Numbered from the stretch's first letter, positions 33,083-43,547 are shown. The stretch: 64,000 nucleotides of DNA from Coleofasciculus sp. B1-GNL1-01 (GCA_040220235.1 JAVJTO010000088.1); one strand, 5' to 3'. Made by a program: numbers and translations. The notes: a model not told the origin generated them from the letters alone.

Positions 33083-34525
33083 ATGACATTTATCCACGCC
33101 AAGGTCGAAGCTGTGGTTAAGAAAAAAGCTAAAAAGCAATCTAAGCGAAAAAAGCCTCAAAAAGAGTCAAACATCAGAACCGATGTTTGGCAATTGGTTA
33201 TGACGCAAGAGCAGCGCCGACTAGCCGTCTTGACCGTAGCGGAATACCGACATTTTCTGAAGCCATTAGTACTTATTAGCTATTGGAATTGGGGCAACCT
33301 GTCTGGGTTGAACAGTAATGAAAGAGTTAATGCTCTAGAAAAGCTGGTTCACCAGACAGGGGATAATCCTAATCCTAAATACTATTGGTATTTCCAGAAA
33401 AGTATTGGTCGTTATCCTTCATTCCGGAAATTTCCCAGTTATCTAAGACGTGCTGCTATTCAGGAAGCATTGGGTATTGTTAGCAGCTTCGTTACTCGCT
33501 GGGATGCTTGGAAGAGGGGAGAGCGAAAACATCGTTACGACAAATCGCCCAGGTTAACCGTAATGTGCAATAGCTATCCAGCTTTGTACAAGGGTCAGCA
33601 AATCAAGTACCATTCCAACTTCAATGCAGTAGAGCTGAAAATATGGAATGGTGCTGATTGGGTTTGGATGCAAGGTGTTTCCATCAAAAAGCATGGAAAA
33701 AGTCGGCACACCAGAGAGGGAGCAAAACTGTTGTCTCCTGCTCTGGTTGCTAATAAGCGAAGTGTTCATCTTTCCATGGCCGTTGAGGTTAATCCTCAAT
33801 CTCTACCTGATTCAGATTATGTTTGTGCTATTGATATTGGCATAAACACAACAGCCACCTGCTCAATAGTTGGCTCATACGGTACTGTAAAAGCTAGGAA
33901 ATTCCTCAATCCGGCTAGAGACATAGACCGTCGCGACCAACGTAAGCAGCGCATTGCGACTAAGTCCAAACTAACTCGGAAAATTACCAACCAGGATTTA
34001 CCTAAAGGCTTCTGCCAAGGTTTGTATCGAAAGTCTAAAAACATCAACAAACATATTGCTCAAACGGTTTCTAGGCAGATTGTTGAGTTTGCACAAAAAC
34101 ATCAAGTTAACGTGATTGTGTTTGAGGACTTATCGAATTGGAAAGCTAAGGGTGGGAAGCATGGGTCTTTGCAGAAACAGCGCTTTCACCAATGGTGCAA
34201 GGATAAATTAGTTGAGCTAACCATTCAGAAATTCTCTGAGTTGGGCGCAAAGGTATGTAAAGTCAACGCTAAATACACCAGTGCTTACGCCTTTGACGGT
34301 AGTGGGAAAATTAAGCGGAGTAACAAGAAGTATTCCCAAGCCGTATTCCCAAATGGCAAGCGCTACAACGCTGACCTATCCGCTTCCTACAACATCGGTG
34401 CCAGATATTGGTACGCGGTATTAACCAATAGTAAATTCACTAGGGTCTGGGCAGGCAGAAGCTCCTCCCAGACGCTGCGAACGCCAGTGACGCTCAGTAC
34501 TCTTTGGGAGCTGAGTAAAGCCTAG
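33083..34525 (+). CDS. tnpB: TnpB-family RNA-guided nuclease (IS200/IS605 accessory)
   Basis: RuvC residues AIDIG, VFEDL, NADL present; zinc-finger cysteines absent. Confidence 0.85.
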   Translation: MTFIHAKVEAVVKKKAKKQSKRKKPQKESNIRTDVWQLVMTQEQRRLAVLTVAEYRHFLKPLVLISYWNWGNLSGLNSNERVNALEKLVHQTGDNPNPKYYWYFQKSIGRYPSFRKFPSYLRRAAIQEALGIVSSFVTRWDAWKRGERKHRYDKSPRLTVMCNSYPALYKGQQIKYHSNFNAVELKIWNGADWVWMQGVSIKKHGKSRHTREGAKLLSPALVANKRSVHLSMAVEVNPQSLPDSDYVCAIDIGINTTATCSIVGSYGTVKARKFLNPARDIDRRDQRKQRIATKSKLTRKITNQDLPKGFCQGLYRKSKNINKHIAQTVSRQIVEFAQKHQVNVIVFEDLSNWKAKGGKHGSLQKQRFHQWCKDKLVELTIQKFSELGAKVCKVNAKYTSAYAFDGSGKIKRSNKKYSQAVFPNGKRYNADLSASYNIGARYWYAVLTNSKFTRVWAGRSSSQTLRTPVTLSTLWELSKA

Positions 34526-34530
34526 CATAA

Positions 34531-34573
34531 GAATCCCCTGCTAGAATTTTTAATTTAGCTGGGGTGCGTTCAA
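34531..34573 (+). mobile_element. IS200/IS605 right end (hairpin + TTCAA)
   Basis: CCCCTGCTAGA..TTTAGCTGGGG imperfect stem, then TTCAA, followed directly by host sequence. Confidence 0.75.
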
Positions 34574-34663
34574 GTGATGGATATGGATGGCAATCGGGTG
34601 GATAAGATATTGGTGATCCCGTTGCACAAAGAGTATTATCAGCGTCCCAATGACGTGTATTAA
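34574..34663 (+). pseudogene. 3' remnant of HlyC/CorC gene
   Basis: VMDMDGNRVDKILVIP...*, the CorC_HlyC domain C-terminus. Confidence 0.8.
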
Positions 34664-34722
34664 ATCCTTTTAGTAAAGACGTTCCGGCGGAACGTCTCTA
34701 CTAATCGGGTCGCCCTATTGTT

Positions 34723-36117
34723 TTAAACGCTACCAACCATGGGTTTTTCGGGCAAGGATTGACGTAAACGATCGCCATATAAGGCTAACGCATTCCCGCC
34801 TAACAGCAGTCCCAGATGTTCCCGGTCATAATCGGCAACAGTTGCAGCATCGTGGACACAGCCGTGCAGCACACCATCCCAGTGACCATAGTCCCCAGAG
34901 AAGCAGGTTAAATGCTTGCCAATTTCACCCATCGCCACAGGTAAATACGCAGGACCCGGATCATCGGATTCAAAGGAGGTAAAAATTTGACCCCGTTCAA
35001 AATACTCGAAGGGATCACGGTGACGCAGGTCATAATGTTCATACAAGCTAGCATCCTCAATCTTCGTCGGATCATGTGCCGCATTCCACAACAAATCAAA
35101 CAGGTTTTTCGCCTGAGAGATAATGTTGACATTATCCCGACCGCCTTTTTCCTGAATCATCAACTTGGTGAATTCCATCAAAGAGGGGCGATAGGGATGT
35201 TTCGGGTCAAAGTCACGAATCCGCTTTTCCCAATGTTCGTGGAACGCATGGGCTAAATCCGGTAGCCAACCACAACCGCCTTCTAAGAAGCCAACGCGCA
35301 GGGTGGGAAATTGTTCAAACGCCCCATCAAATACCATCCGGGCTAATGCCAATTGTTGCTGGTTGCGCTGGACAAAAATGTGGTTGAGGACAAAGGTTTC
35401 TAGATGATCCGCAATGCCGCCTACCATGTAGGAACCGGGTCCACCGTGAATTCCTAAACCAATATCCAAGTCTACCGCCGCCTGTAAAATCGGACGGAAG
35501 TCAGGATGGCTAATTGCCTTACAGGTGCGAATTTCGGGGAATGCATCGGGGGCTTTGGGATGGGGAATCGGCATATTAGGCGCAACCGCGACACTAATCA
35601 TCCCCAGTTCGTTGACGCAGCGATACATTTCCTTGACCGCTTCATCGACATCCTGAAGACAAATAACCCCAATGGGTTTGAGGCGATTATCGTACCCTCG
35701 GCAATCATCCGCCATGTAACTGTTATAGGCGCGGCAGAGTGCGATCGCAAAGTCTTTATCCAGAATACTGGAAAAGATTAGATTCAGTGTGCCAAAGATA
35801 ACATGGACATCAATCCCCTCTTGATCCATGTGTTGAATCCGCACCCGATTGAACATCGCACCCAACGTGGTATCGGGATGCAGATTGCGAAAGCCGCCTT
35901 TGCCTAACCCTTGAGGTTGGGGAAACATCCGCAAAAAGTCATTTTTCCCGGTTTCTGGATTGAAGTCGATAATCTTTGCTCGTTGATCACCGAGACTATC
36001 AATTACCAAACCGACGCGATCGCGATACTCTGGTTCTAGATAATCCCGCATAATCATCGGATTCTCTAGCTTATGAGCATCCGCATCGATCACTAGCAAG
36101 TCTTGATACATTCTCAC
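34723..36117 (-). CDS. Amidohydrolase_2 family protein
   Basis: IDADAH metal motif, MDQEGID, FLEGGCGW, SGDYGHWD. Confidence 0.85.
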   Translation of the reverse strand: MRMYQDLLVIDADAHKLENPMIMRDYLEPEYRDRVGLVIDSLGDQRAKIIDFNPETGKNDFLRMFPQPQGLGKGGFRNLHPDTTLGAMFNRVRIQHMDQEGIDVHVIFGTLNLIFSSILDKDFAIALCRAYNSYMADDCRGYDNRLKPIGVICLQDVDEAVKEMYRCVNELGMISVAVAPNMPIPHPKAPDAFPEIRTCKAISHPDFRPILQAAVDLDIGLGIHGGPGSYMVGGIADHLETFVLNHIFVQRNQQQLALARMVFDGAFEQFPTLRVGFLEGGCGWLPDLAHAFHEHWEKRIRDFDPKHPYRPSLMEFTKLMIQEKGGRDNVNIISQAKNLFDLLWNAAHDPTKIEDASLYEHYDLRHRDPFEYFERGQIFTSFESDDPGPAYLPVAMGEIGKHLTCFSGDYGHWDGVLHGCVHDAATVADYDREHLGLLLGGNALALYGDRLRQSLPEKPMVGSV

Positions 36118-36139
36118 TCCTCAATGTATTGATGAAGGC

Positions 36140-36310
36140 GTGAAGTACCCCAACTTGCTTCGCTGAAGTTGGGGCTTCCAACTAGCAAGCAAGGACGGTC
36201 TTATTCGTCTTCGGGATTTCCCGTTTCATCCGCCGACGCCTCCAAAAGTTACCTTTTATTGGTCTTACTCAGCGTCCACAGGCAGCCGTCCGCCTTCCGC
36301 AGACAGTAAT
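36140..36310 (-). ncRNA. Orphan TnpB omegaRNA / IS605 right-end-like remnant
   Basis: Minus strand GCCTGTGGA..GTAAGACC..GATGAAACGGGAA..GAAGCCCCAACTT..AAGTTGGGGTACTTCAC; no tnpB ORF attached. Confidence 0.6.
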
Positions 36311-36467
36311 ATTATTGTTAGCCCGCTTGGTTAGAGCGGTTTATGGTTAGAATTCTAACCGGATAATGGCTCGCCTGGGTAGAAGGAAAAAATGCCCAAG
36401 GGATTTGGTATTACCCATCTCCCCCATCTCCCAGACGTAGCATGCTACGTCTCTACACTATGCCCAA

Positions 36468-36767
36468 TCACCCCTTCCTGGCGGGACGCAACCCAAACCA
36501 GTTCTCGAATGACCAAGACAGGGATGCGAGGATGGTGATACCCGGATATTTGCGAAACGCGGGTTCATTCTTCTCAAAGAACGCATGTCCCCCTAACGCA
36601 AAGACTTGGGTAAGGATGACGCAAATCAAGGTCAACCGCCAATCATAGAATAGTAGGATAACGGCTGCGATCGCGAGTAGGTTGGTGAGGTGGTGCAGCC
36701 TCTGATTGATCGGATGCCGATGACTGGCGATGAAATGGGCTTTGGCTTCTTGAAAGTTGTTCAACAA
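36468..36767 (-). CDS. Mpo1-like (DUF962) membrane protein
   Basis: HRHPINQRLH..GHAFFEKNEPA. Confidence 0.85.
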   Translation of the reverse strand: MLNNFQEAKAHFIASHRHPINQRLHHLTNLLAIAAVILLFYDWRLTLICVILTQVFALGGHAFFEKNEPAFRKYPGITILASLSWSFENWFGLRPARKG

Positions 36768-36848
36768 TGGGACTCTCCTACAGTGACACTCAACTCAGCA
36801 AGTTTAAATTATTGTAGTCATAATACGCGGATGTGCTAAGCGCTAAAA

Positions 36849-36920
36849 GCAGGGGGAGCAGGGGGAGCAGGGGGAGCAGGGGGAGCAGGGGGAGCAGGGG
36901 AAGCAGGGGAAGCAGGGGGA
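36849..36920 (+). repeat. 9-nt tandem repeat GCAGGGGRA x8
   Basis: Direct inspection. Confidence 0.9.
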
Positions 36921-37019
36921 GATGAGTAAGTTAACTCAACACTCTACCTTACCTATTGCCCATTGCCTATTGCCTATTCCCTGTTCCCTGACACAGGACC
37001 AATGAGAAAGGACGAATGA

Positions 37020-37844
37020 CTAATTCCACTCCAAAGGATCTAACTTATAATACTGTTTCAATTGCCGATAAAGTGCGGCATGTTTCCTTACCATTTGCTC
37101 AGGTTTTTCAAAGAACGTCTCTGTCGCTACAGCAAAAAACTCAGCCGGATCAGTCGCACCGTATTTATTCATCACTGTTTTTCTACCGCGTTGAGCATCA
37201 CGTTGTAATTGCTGATACTCTTGTGTAAATACCTGCGCCCATGTCCGATAATCCGCCTGAGAGTTCAGCTTTGGTACACCATTAATCATCCCATCGGTTT
37301 GATCAAGCTGATGGGCAAATTCATGGAGAACCACATTATGTCCATCCTGCCAATTCTGGATATCATATTCGATTTGCTGCCAAGATAGAACCAGTTGATC
37401 TCGCGTCCACGATTCCCCCAGTCTTACTTCATCTCTTTCTTCGATGATATAATCACTGATTCGCTTCGTGGGTTTGACTCGGTACGCGCTGGGATAAACC
37501 AGAATTGAAACTAAATTGGGGTAATAGTCACCGCTATCATTCAGTAAAAGCAGACAGGCTTGAGCAGCAATCGCCAGTTTTATTTCTTCAGTAATCTGTA
37601 CTCCTCTACAGCCAATAAACTGTTTTTCCGCTAAAAAAACAGCTATGTAACCCTGGAGTTTTCGTTGTCGGGATTGAGAGAGACAGTGATAAAATGGCAA
37701 AGTTTGTTTGATAACTGTTTGCCAATGCCGAGGAAACGGTTTATTTCGGATGCGGTTCCGTCGCCATTTAGTCAGAAGTGGACTTAATAGAACCCAAGCG
37801 CAAATCCCAACAATAATTACTAAAACAATAATAGCTTCAACCAT
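37020..37844 (-). CDS. M90 family zinc peptidase (MtfA-like)
   Basis: NVVLHEFAHQLD, AEFFAVATETFFE. Confidence 0.9.
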   Translation of the reverse strand: MVEAIIVLVIIVGICAWVLLSPLLTKWRRNRIRNKPFPRHWQTVIKQTLPFYHCLSQSRQRKLQGYIAVFLAEKQFIGCRGVQITEEIKLAIAAQACLLLLNDSGDYYPNLVSILVYPSAYRVKPTKRISDYIIEERDEVRLGESWTRDQLVLSWQQIEYDIQNWQDGHNVVLHEFAHQLDQTDGMINGVPKLNSQADYRTWAQVFTQEYQQLQRDAQRGRKTVMNKYGATDPAEFFAVATETFFEKPEQMVRKHAALYRQLKQYYKLDPLEWN

Positions 37845-38261
37845 ATAATTTATTTGAAGTTGTAGCCCTCACCGAATGCCCATCGCCTTTTTTAGATCCC
37901 CCTCCCGTCCCCCTTCAAAAGGGGGAAGCCAGCGGATGCTTCGCTTTTTGTTCCATGAGGGAGACCATTCAAAGCCTTCTCAAGAGCAGGAGAGAGGTTT
38001 GGAGAGAGGTTTTCCCAATCCCGTGAAAAGCAAGGTGGGCTGAGGCGGTAAAGTGACCTGCCGCGATGGACTTTGTACAATAGGATGGAGAAATGGGGAT
38101 TATTTTTATGTCATTGAACAACCAATCGATAATCCAGATCGTCCTGAAACAGCAGAGAGTTCAACAAGACTTATTGTCCGTAAAGCTTCTGAGGTAATCC
38201 TAGAAACGACAGGATTTCAATTTGTCTCTCCTTAGCCTTTGCCTAATCAAAATTATCTCCA

Positions 38262-38747
38262 TTACTCGTTAAATTCCTTACCTTTCAAACGTCCTTGCCG
38301 AACTTCAGCTTCCGAACTATCTGCATAAATACTCGTCGTAATCACGCGATTCGTGACTTCCTCTAAATAAGACCGCAGTGTCTCATCTAGTTCCTGAAAT
38401 TCGGGCCACAGGGTTTCATTCACAAAGCTAATGGGAACACGAGCCATTACTGTGGTATATTTTTGCCGATGATAGCGATATGGTTCAATCCCGTAGCGAC
38501 GCAATAACGCTAAAAATAACTTCTTTGACCACATATCCGTCAATGTGAATTTGTATTCCACTGGGGGATCAAGCTTTTGCACATCGGTGAGCTTTTCACG
38601 GATACGGTCTAGGGCGTTCGCCGCCGCCACTTTTTCCCCCGTTGTGGTTGCACCTGCAAACAAGGCTTCAATGCGTTGTAGCTTTTCAATCAGCTTTTGT
38701 TCTTCTGTCAAGATGATTTCCTCTCGGCTTCCATTCAAATTGACCAC
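38262..38747 (-). CDS. Conserved hypothetical protein
   Basis: KLQRIEALFAGATTTGE..LLRRYGIEPYRY; 161-aa open frame. Confidence 0.7.
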   Translation of the reverse strand: MVNLNGSREEIILTEEQKLIEKLQRIEALFAGATTTGEKVAAANALDRIREKLTDVQKLDPPVEYKFTLTDMWSKKLFLALLRRYGIEPYRYHRQKYTTVMARVPISFVNETLWPEFQELDETLRSYLEEVTNRVITTSIYADSSEAEVRQGRLKGKEFNE

Positions 38748-39068
38748 CGATTGTTAATATACCACTCTTGCTCCGCCTAAATAAAATCTAACGTTTCACG
38801 GCAAGTCTAGAAACTGTAGTAACGTAGGGTGGGTTAGGCGGAATTTAAACCGAAGCAATAACCCTTTAATAGAGTATCCGCCGTAACCCACCGATGTTAA
38901 CTGAGCGGTGTATTCTTTAATCAATATTTCAGATAATGACTCTTAACTTTATTGAGTTTCCTGTGTTAACCCAACCTACAACTACTAAAATTAAGGAATA
39001 GACGGTATAGTTAAATTGGGCGCACGTCAGTGCGCCCCTACCGTTTTGTTTGCCTAATCCTAATTCAT

Positions 39069-40463
39069 TTATGCTGGTTGTTTCACAGGTAAATCGGCAC
39101 TCTTCCAGGCACTCCATGAACCGGGAATATTGATAACTTTCTCAAACCCATGCTTTTGCAGCAAACTGGCAGCAATAGATGCCCGATATCCACTCCCACA
39201 GTAGGTGGCTACGGTTTTAGTTTTGTCTAACTTATCCAGTTTTTCTTCGAGATGGGGGACATAAATATGTTCAGCGCCAGGGATACAGCCACTGTGAAAT
39301 TCTTTGTCGGTTCGCACATCTAACACCGTGAGTGCTGAGTCTTCCTTGTGCTGATTTAACTCATGTACCGTCCACTCACCAACGTGTTGCAAGGGTAGCC
39401 CCGCATTTTGCCAACTTTTCATCCCATCATGGAGATAGCCAGCTAAGTTATCGTAACCCACGCGGAATAATTGTTCGGTAACAAGCGATAAATCCCGCGC
39501 ACTTTCTACGACTAATAACAACGTTTTTTCAGGTGGAATCATCCAACCCATCCAGGTAGGAAAAGCAGATTGCAGGGCAATGTTAATCGCACCCGGAATA
39601 TGTCCGCCGCCAAATGCTAGCATTGAACGGGTATCGATGACAAGGGTGTTTTCATCTGCCATCTTCTGTTGGAATTCTTGAGGAGATAAGGGTTGTAAGG
39701 TGGGTACACCCCCTTTAATCGGTGCGCCTTTAGCGTTCACTTTTTTTAAGCGGGAATAGTGAGTGGGGGCTTCTGGCATATCGCTCAGAATCCACTCGAC
39801 AAATTCGGCTTCGGTTCGTTCTTTATAGGCGTCACTAAAAACCCGTTCATTGCCGATTGTACTCTGTCGGCGATCGCCTATGGATTTACCGCAGGCTGAA
39901 CCCGCACCATGACAGGGATAAACTTCGACGCGATCGCCTAATGGGACTAATTTGTCGAATAATGAGTGATACAGTTGCGCCGCCTGTTTTTTCTCGGTTC
40001 CTGTACCGACTAAATCGGGACGTCCAACATCTAGATTAAACAGCGTGTCTCCTGTGAGTACGCCAAAGGGTTCTTTCCCCTGTTGAGCATCATGAATTAA
40101 TACACAGATATGTTCGGGTGTATGTCCCGGCGTATGCAGGGTGCGGAGGGTAACTGTACCCAGTTGGAATTCGTCTCCTTCACTGAGTTGCTGTATCTGG
40201 AACTGATAATTTTCACTCTTCCCGCCGTAAATTGTGGCGCCAGTGCGGGCTTGAAGTTCCGATGAACCGGATACAAAGTCGGCGTGGATATGAGTTTCTA
40301 AGATATGGGTAATTCTCACACCCCGCGATCGCGCGATTTGCAAATAGATATCGACGTCACGACGCGGATCAATAACGGCGGCTACACCTGCTTTATCATC
40401 CCCGACTATATAGGATAGCTGTGCCAATCCTTCGGTGTTAATTTGTTCTAAAACTAATGCCAT
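39069..40463 (-). CDS. MBL-fold metallo-hydrolase with two rhodanese domains (persulfide dioxygenase-like)
   Basis: THIHADF, TPGHT, PCHGAGSACG; GHIPGA; YCGSGYR. Confidence 0.9.
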   Translation of the reverse strand: MALVLEQINTEGLAQLSYIVGDDKAGVAAVIDPRRDVDIYLQIARSRGVRITHILETHIHADFVSGSSELQARTGATIYGGKSENYQFQIQQLSEGDEFQLGTVTLRTLHTPGHTPEHICVLIHDAQQGKEPFGVLTGDTLFNLDVGRPDLVGTGTEKKQAAQLYHSLFDKLVPLGDRVEVYPCHGAGSACGKSIGDRRQSTIGNERVFSDAYKERTEAEFVEWILSDMPEAPTHYSRLKKVNAKGAPIKGGVPTLQPLSPQEFQQKMADENTLVIDTRSMLAFGGGHIPGAINIALQSAFPTWMGWMIPPEKTLLLVVESARDLSLVTEQLFRVGYDNLAGYLHDGMKSWQNAGLPLQHVGEWTVHELNQHKEDSALTVLDVRTDKEFHSGCIPGAEHIYVPHLEEKLDKLDKTKTVATYCGSGYRASIAASLLQKHGFEKVINIPGSWSAWKSADLPVKQPA

Positions 40464-40484
40464 GATTCTTGCTCCGGGTAACTA

Positions 40485-40937
40485 TTAACTCGCTGAGGAA
40501 TGCTGTGAAATATAATTTTTGAAAAATTCTTTCATTTGAGGGGATTTTTCACAATCAAAACCCATGCTTTTGCCTTTTTCCATGGCTTGTTCGGCGGTCA
40601 TTCCTTCGCGAGTTGCCACATACATTAATGCCATCATCCCCGAACGTAACCCACTCTTGCAGTGAATTACGGCTGGCTTGGGCAGTTCCTCGATTTGTTG
40701 GAGAACTTGGCTTGCCAGTTCCTCGGTTAGGGCGTCGGGTTTAACGGGGATATTGACATAGTGCAATCCGGCGGCGGCGGCTTGCTGCTTTTCATCGCTA
40801 GCGAACCCCTCTTCCCCAGGCGATCGCAGATTCAATACCGATTTTACCCCCTCTTGAGCCGCTTGTTGCAGTTGTTCCGGTGTCACCTGATTGGTGGCTA
40901 CGGTTAAGGTATCGTTGATTTTTTTTGCGTTTTCCAT
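40485..40937 (-). CDS. DUF442 phosphatase-fold sulfur transferase
   Basis: VLNLRSPGEE, HCKSGLR; directly upstream of the MBL-rhodanese gene. Confidence 0.8.
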   Translation of the reverse strand: MENAKKINDTLTVATNQVTPEQLQQAAQEGVKSVLNLRSPGEEGFASDEKQQAAAAGLHYVNIPVKPDALTEELASQVLQQIEELPKPAVIHCKSGLRSGMMALMYVATREGMTAEQAMEKGKSMGFDCEKSPQMKEFFKNYISQHSSAS

Positions 40938-41498
40938 GAATGTCTAACTCCTTGTTAAAATGCCGATAGTGTAATTGAATTGGGTATAAATAAACACATT
41001 GATTCAGGATCGATATCCCCAAAGAACTTCTCGATCGGACTTGCAGAGATTTCATCCTAGGTGTCCCCATTCAATGTCACATTAGACACACCAATTTATT
41101 CTTAGGTCGGCTATTTATAGCCCATTCATAGTCTTGGCTGAAAATTGGCACAATTCATCTAACCTGAGAATGAGATTTATTTCTGTCTAACGATAGTTGT
41201 AATTTTGAGATTAGGCTATTTTATTAGACGCTTATGCTGTGAGTTAACAGGCGACTTCAGCTAAACGTTACCTCGCTCATAATACTAGCAGAAATTATTG
41301 TCAATAGAGTTATCTATTTTTTTCTTGACGCGGAATTTAATGTATAAATTATCTGAAAGTGTTAGTCTGAAAAGAGAGGGTGTTTGAATTAACGCCAAAC
41401 CCACACTTGAAGCGTGGCGGATATGTTCATTTAAGCAATGACACCATAGAAACAGAACTTGTCAAATACCCTCTGAGCAGACTCAAGAGGATGAAACC

Positions 41499-42161
41499 AT
41501 GAATATCAACCTACCCAATAAAGCCGTTATTGGAGCAGTAGTGATTGCGGGTTCAACCCTGTTGGCGCTGGGAACCAGTCCCTTGTGGGGAGAGAAATCG
41601 ACAGAGGCATCGACTCTACTCTCTAACCAGAATGCTGGAATCAGAGCTAACACCAATCAAGAGATAGCCCAATCGCCTCCCGACACACCTAGAGGTCGAG
41701 GACGCTGGGGACATGGACATGGACAGGGACATGGACAGGGACACCCAGGTCGAGGACGTTGGGGACAGGGACATGGACGAGGGCGACAGGAACACCCAGG
41801 TCGAAGACCCAGAGGTTTAGGTAACCGAATGTATAACCCCGATAGCGTGGAAACTATCACGGGTGAAGTGATTAGTGTAGACCGATTCACCTCCAATCGC
41901 GGCAGGTCTGAGGGTATGCGTATGCAAATGAGAACGGGTAATGAAACTGTTTCTGTCCATTTAGGTCCAGCCTGGTATTGGCAAAACCAAGGAATGACTA
42001 TTGAACCCAATGATAGAATTCAGGTTCAAGGTTCCCGAGTCAATAGGGCAGGAAACCCCGCTATGATTGCGGCTCAAGTCCAAAAAGGAAACCAAGTCCT
42101 GAGGTTAAGGAATGAAAATGGGGTTCCGGTTTGGAGTCGGCGACAATTGCCCCAGAATTAA
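41499..42161 (+). CDS. Secreted OB-fold-like protein with G/H/R-rich repeat insert
   Basis: Signal peptide; GHGHGQGHGQGHPGRGRWG repeats; YNPDSVETITGEV..VHLGPAWY. Confidence 0.7.
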   Translation: MNINLPNKAVIGAVVIAGSTLLALGTSPLWGEKSTEASTLLSNQNAGIRANTNQEIAQSPPDTPRGRGRWGHGHGQGHGQGHPGRGRWGQGHGRGRQEHPGRRPRGLGNRMYNPDSVETITGEVISVDRFTSNRGRSEGMRMQMRTGNETVSVHLGPAWYWQNQGMTIEPNDRIQVQGSRVNRAGNPAMIAAQVQKGNQVLRLRNENGVPVWSRRQLPQN

Positions 42162-42269
42162 TGCCGAGTTGCAGTAAGGAAAGTCGGGGCGGGTTTAGTC
42201 ACATCTGGGTAAAGCGATAGTTGTCAAACCCGCCCCTAAATGGGCGCTATGATGTTCTGCGATTTGGCG

Positions 42270-43331
42270 TCAGTGTTTGTGTTGATTCCTCCGGGCTTTA
42301 GTGATTTTTTTCCACTTTTCCTTCTCGGCTAAGGAGGCTTTTTGGTCTTGTTTCCTGGCTAAATAGTCAAGTTCTTTTTGCAGTTTTTGATAATTCAGGA
42401 AACGCTGATCATCAAGGGTGCCATTTTCCAAGGCTTGTTGCACAGCACAACCGGGTTCGTCTTGGTGTTTACAATTACGAAAACGACAGTGCTGGGCTAA
42501 GGTGTCGATATCGGTAAAGGTATTGGCTAAACTTTCCTCGTCTGCCCAGATCTGAAGTTCCCGCATCCCTGGAGTATCGATCAGCAAACCTCCTGAAGGC
42601 AGGGGAATCAATTGGCGATGGGTAGTGGTATGTCGCCCTTTACAATCGTCCGAACGAACTTCTCCAACCGCTTGCACGACTTGACCAATTAACTGGTTCA
42701 CCAACGTCGATTTGCCGACGCCTGAGGAACCCAGTAAAGCAACCGTTTGTCCGGGTTTTAGGTAAGGCGTTAGGGCTTCTAATCCCTGATTTTTGACCGC
42801 ACTTAAAATAATCACCGGTACACCAAAAGCGATCGCTTCAACAGCCTCTCGCTTTTCAGCAATATCTTCGCCTAAATCCGCTTTATTGAGGACAATTACA
42901 GGATTCGCGCCGCTTTCCCACACCAGAAGCAGGTAGCGTTCAATGCGCCGCAGATTAAAATCCCCATCCAAACCAGAGACCAAAAATATCGTATCGATAT
43001 TGGTGGCAATAATTTGGACTTCGGTTTTTGTGCCAACGGTTTTCCGCGAAAATTGACTTTTCCGGGGCAAAATGCTATGAATTATCGCCTGTTTACCTTC
43101 ATTGGTGAGGCGAATCACCACCCAATCCCCTACAGCCGGAAAGTCTTGGCGTCCAGTTGCTTGGTATCGCAGTTTGCCGATAACCTTTGCTGAGAGTTCG
43201 CCTTGTTCGGTGTAGAGACGATAAGTATTTTTGTACTCTAGGGCAATTCGACCAATGGTGTAGCCTTCTTGCCATTGGGGATTGAGGCTGTTGGCAAAAA
43301 ATTCACTCCAGCCTAATGAGTCTAAATTCAT
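42270..43331 (-). CDS. rsgA: Ribosome small subunit-dependent GTPase A
   Basis: Circularly permuted [33 protein letters not shown] zinc site. Confidence 0.93.
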   Translation of the reverse strand: MNLDSLGWSEFFANSLNPQWQEGYTIGRIALEYKNTYRLYTEQGELSAKVIGKLRYQATGRQDFPAVGDWVVIRLTNEGKQAIIHSILPRKSQFSRKTVGTKTEVQIIATNIDTIFLVSGLDGDFNLRRIERYLLLVWESGANPVIVLNKADLGEDIAEKREAVEAIAFGVPVIILSAVKNQGLEALTPYLKPGQTVALLGSSGVGKSTLVNQLIGQVVQAVGEVRSDDCKGRHTTTHRQLIPLPSGGLLIDTPGMRELQIWADEESLANTFTDIDTLAQHCRFRNCKHQDEPGCAVQQALENGTLDDQRFLNYQKLQKELDYLARKQDQKASLAEKEKWKKITKARRNQHKH

Positions 43332-43363
43332 TGATTTCCTCAGTGTCTGTTGCTTGATTTGAG

Positions 43364-43482
43364 CAAGGCGCACAGAGGACTTTTGACGTTCGTTAGCCTG
43401 AGAAACGACGCGATCGCGTCAAATCCTCTGTGGTTGCCTTGAGTTGTCTTATGGGGATGGAAATGGTTACAAGCTCAGACAT
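43364..43482 (-). promoter_or_regulatory. Putative attenuator: 29-aa leader ORF plus long hairpin before rsgA
   Basis: uORF 43482-43393 with GAAGGA SD; stem 43371-43432; TATAAT at 43529-43524. Confidence 0.55.
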
Positions 43483-43547
43483 AGAGTTATCCTTCTGGGT
43501 ATTTTCCAACAACAGATTTATCTATTATACTACAAAAACACTACAGT

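Noticed and set aside
33083..34525. Cas12f/Cas12k or nuclease-dead TldR
   Set aside because: No CRISPR array or tns genes; an IS-type right end follows; RuvC D/E/D residues appear intact
38053..38235. 60-aa ORF as a gene
   Set aside because: No convincing start and preceded by repeats; at most a gene fragment
41657..42010. Cys-Pro-rich metallothionein-like ORF
   Set aside because: Reverse complement of the GH/GQ repeats of 41499-42161
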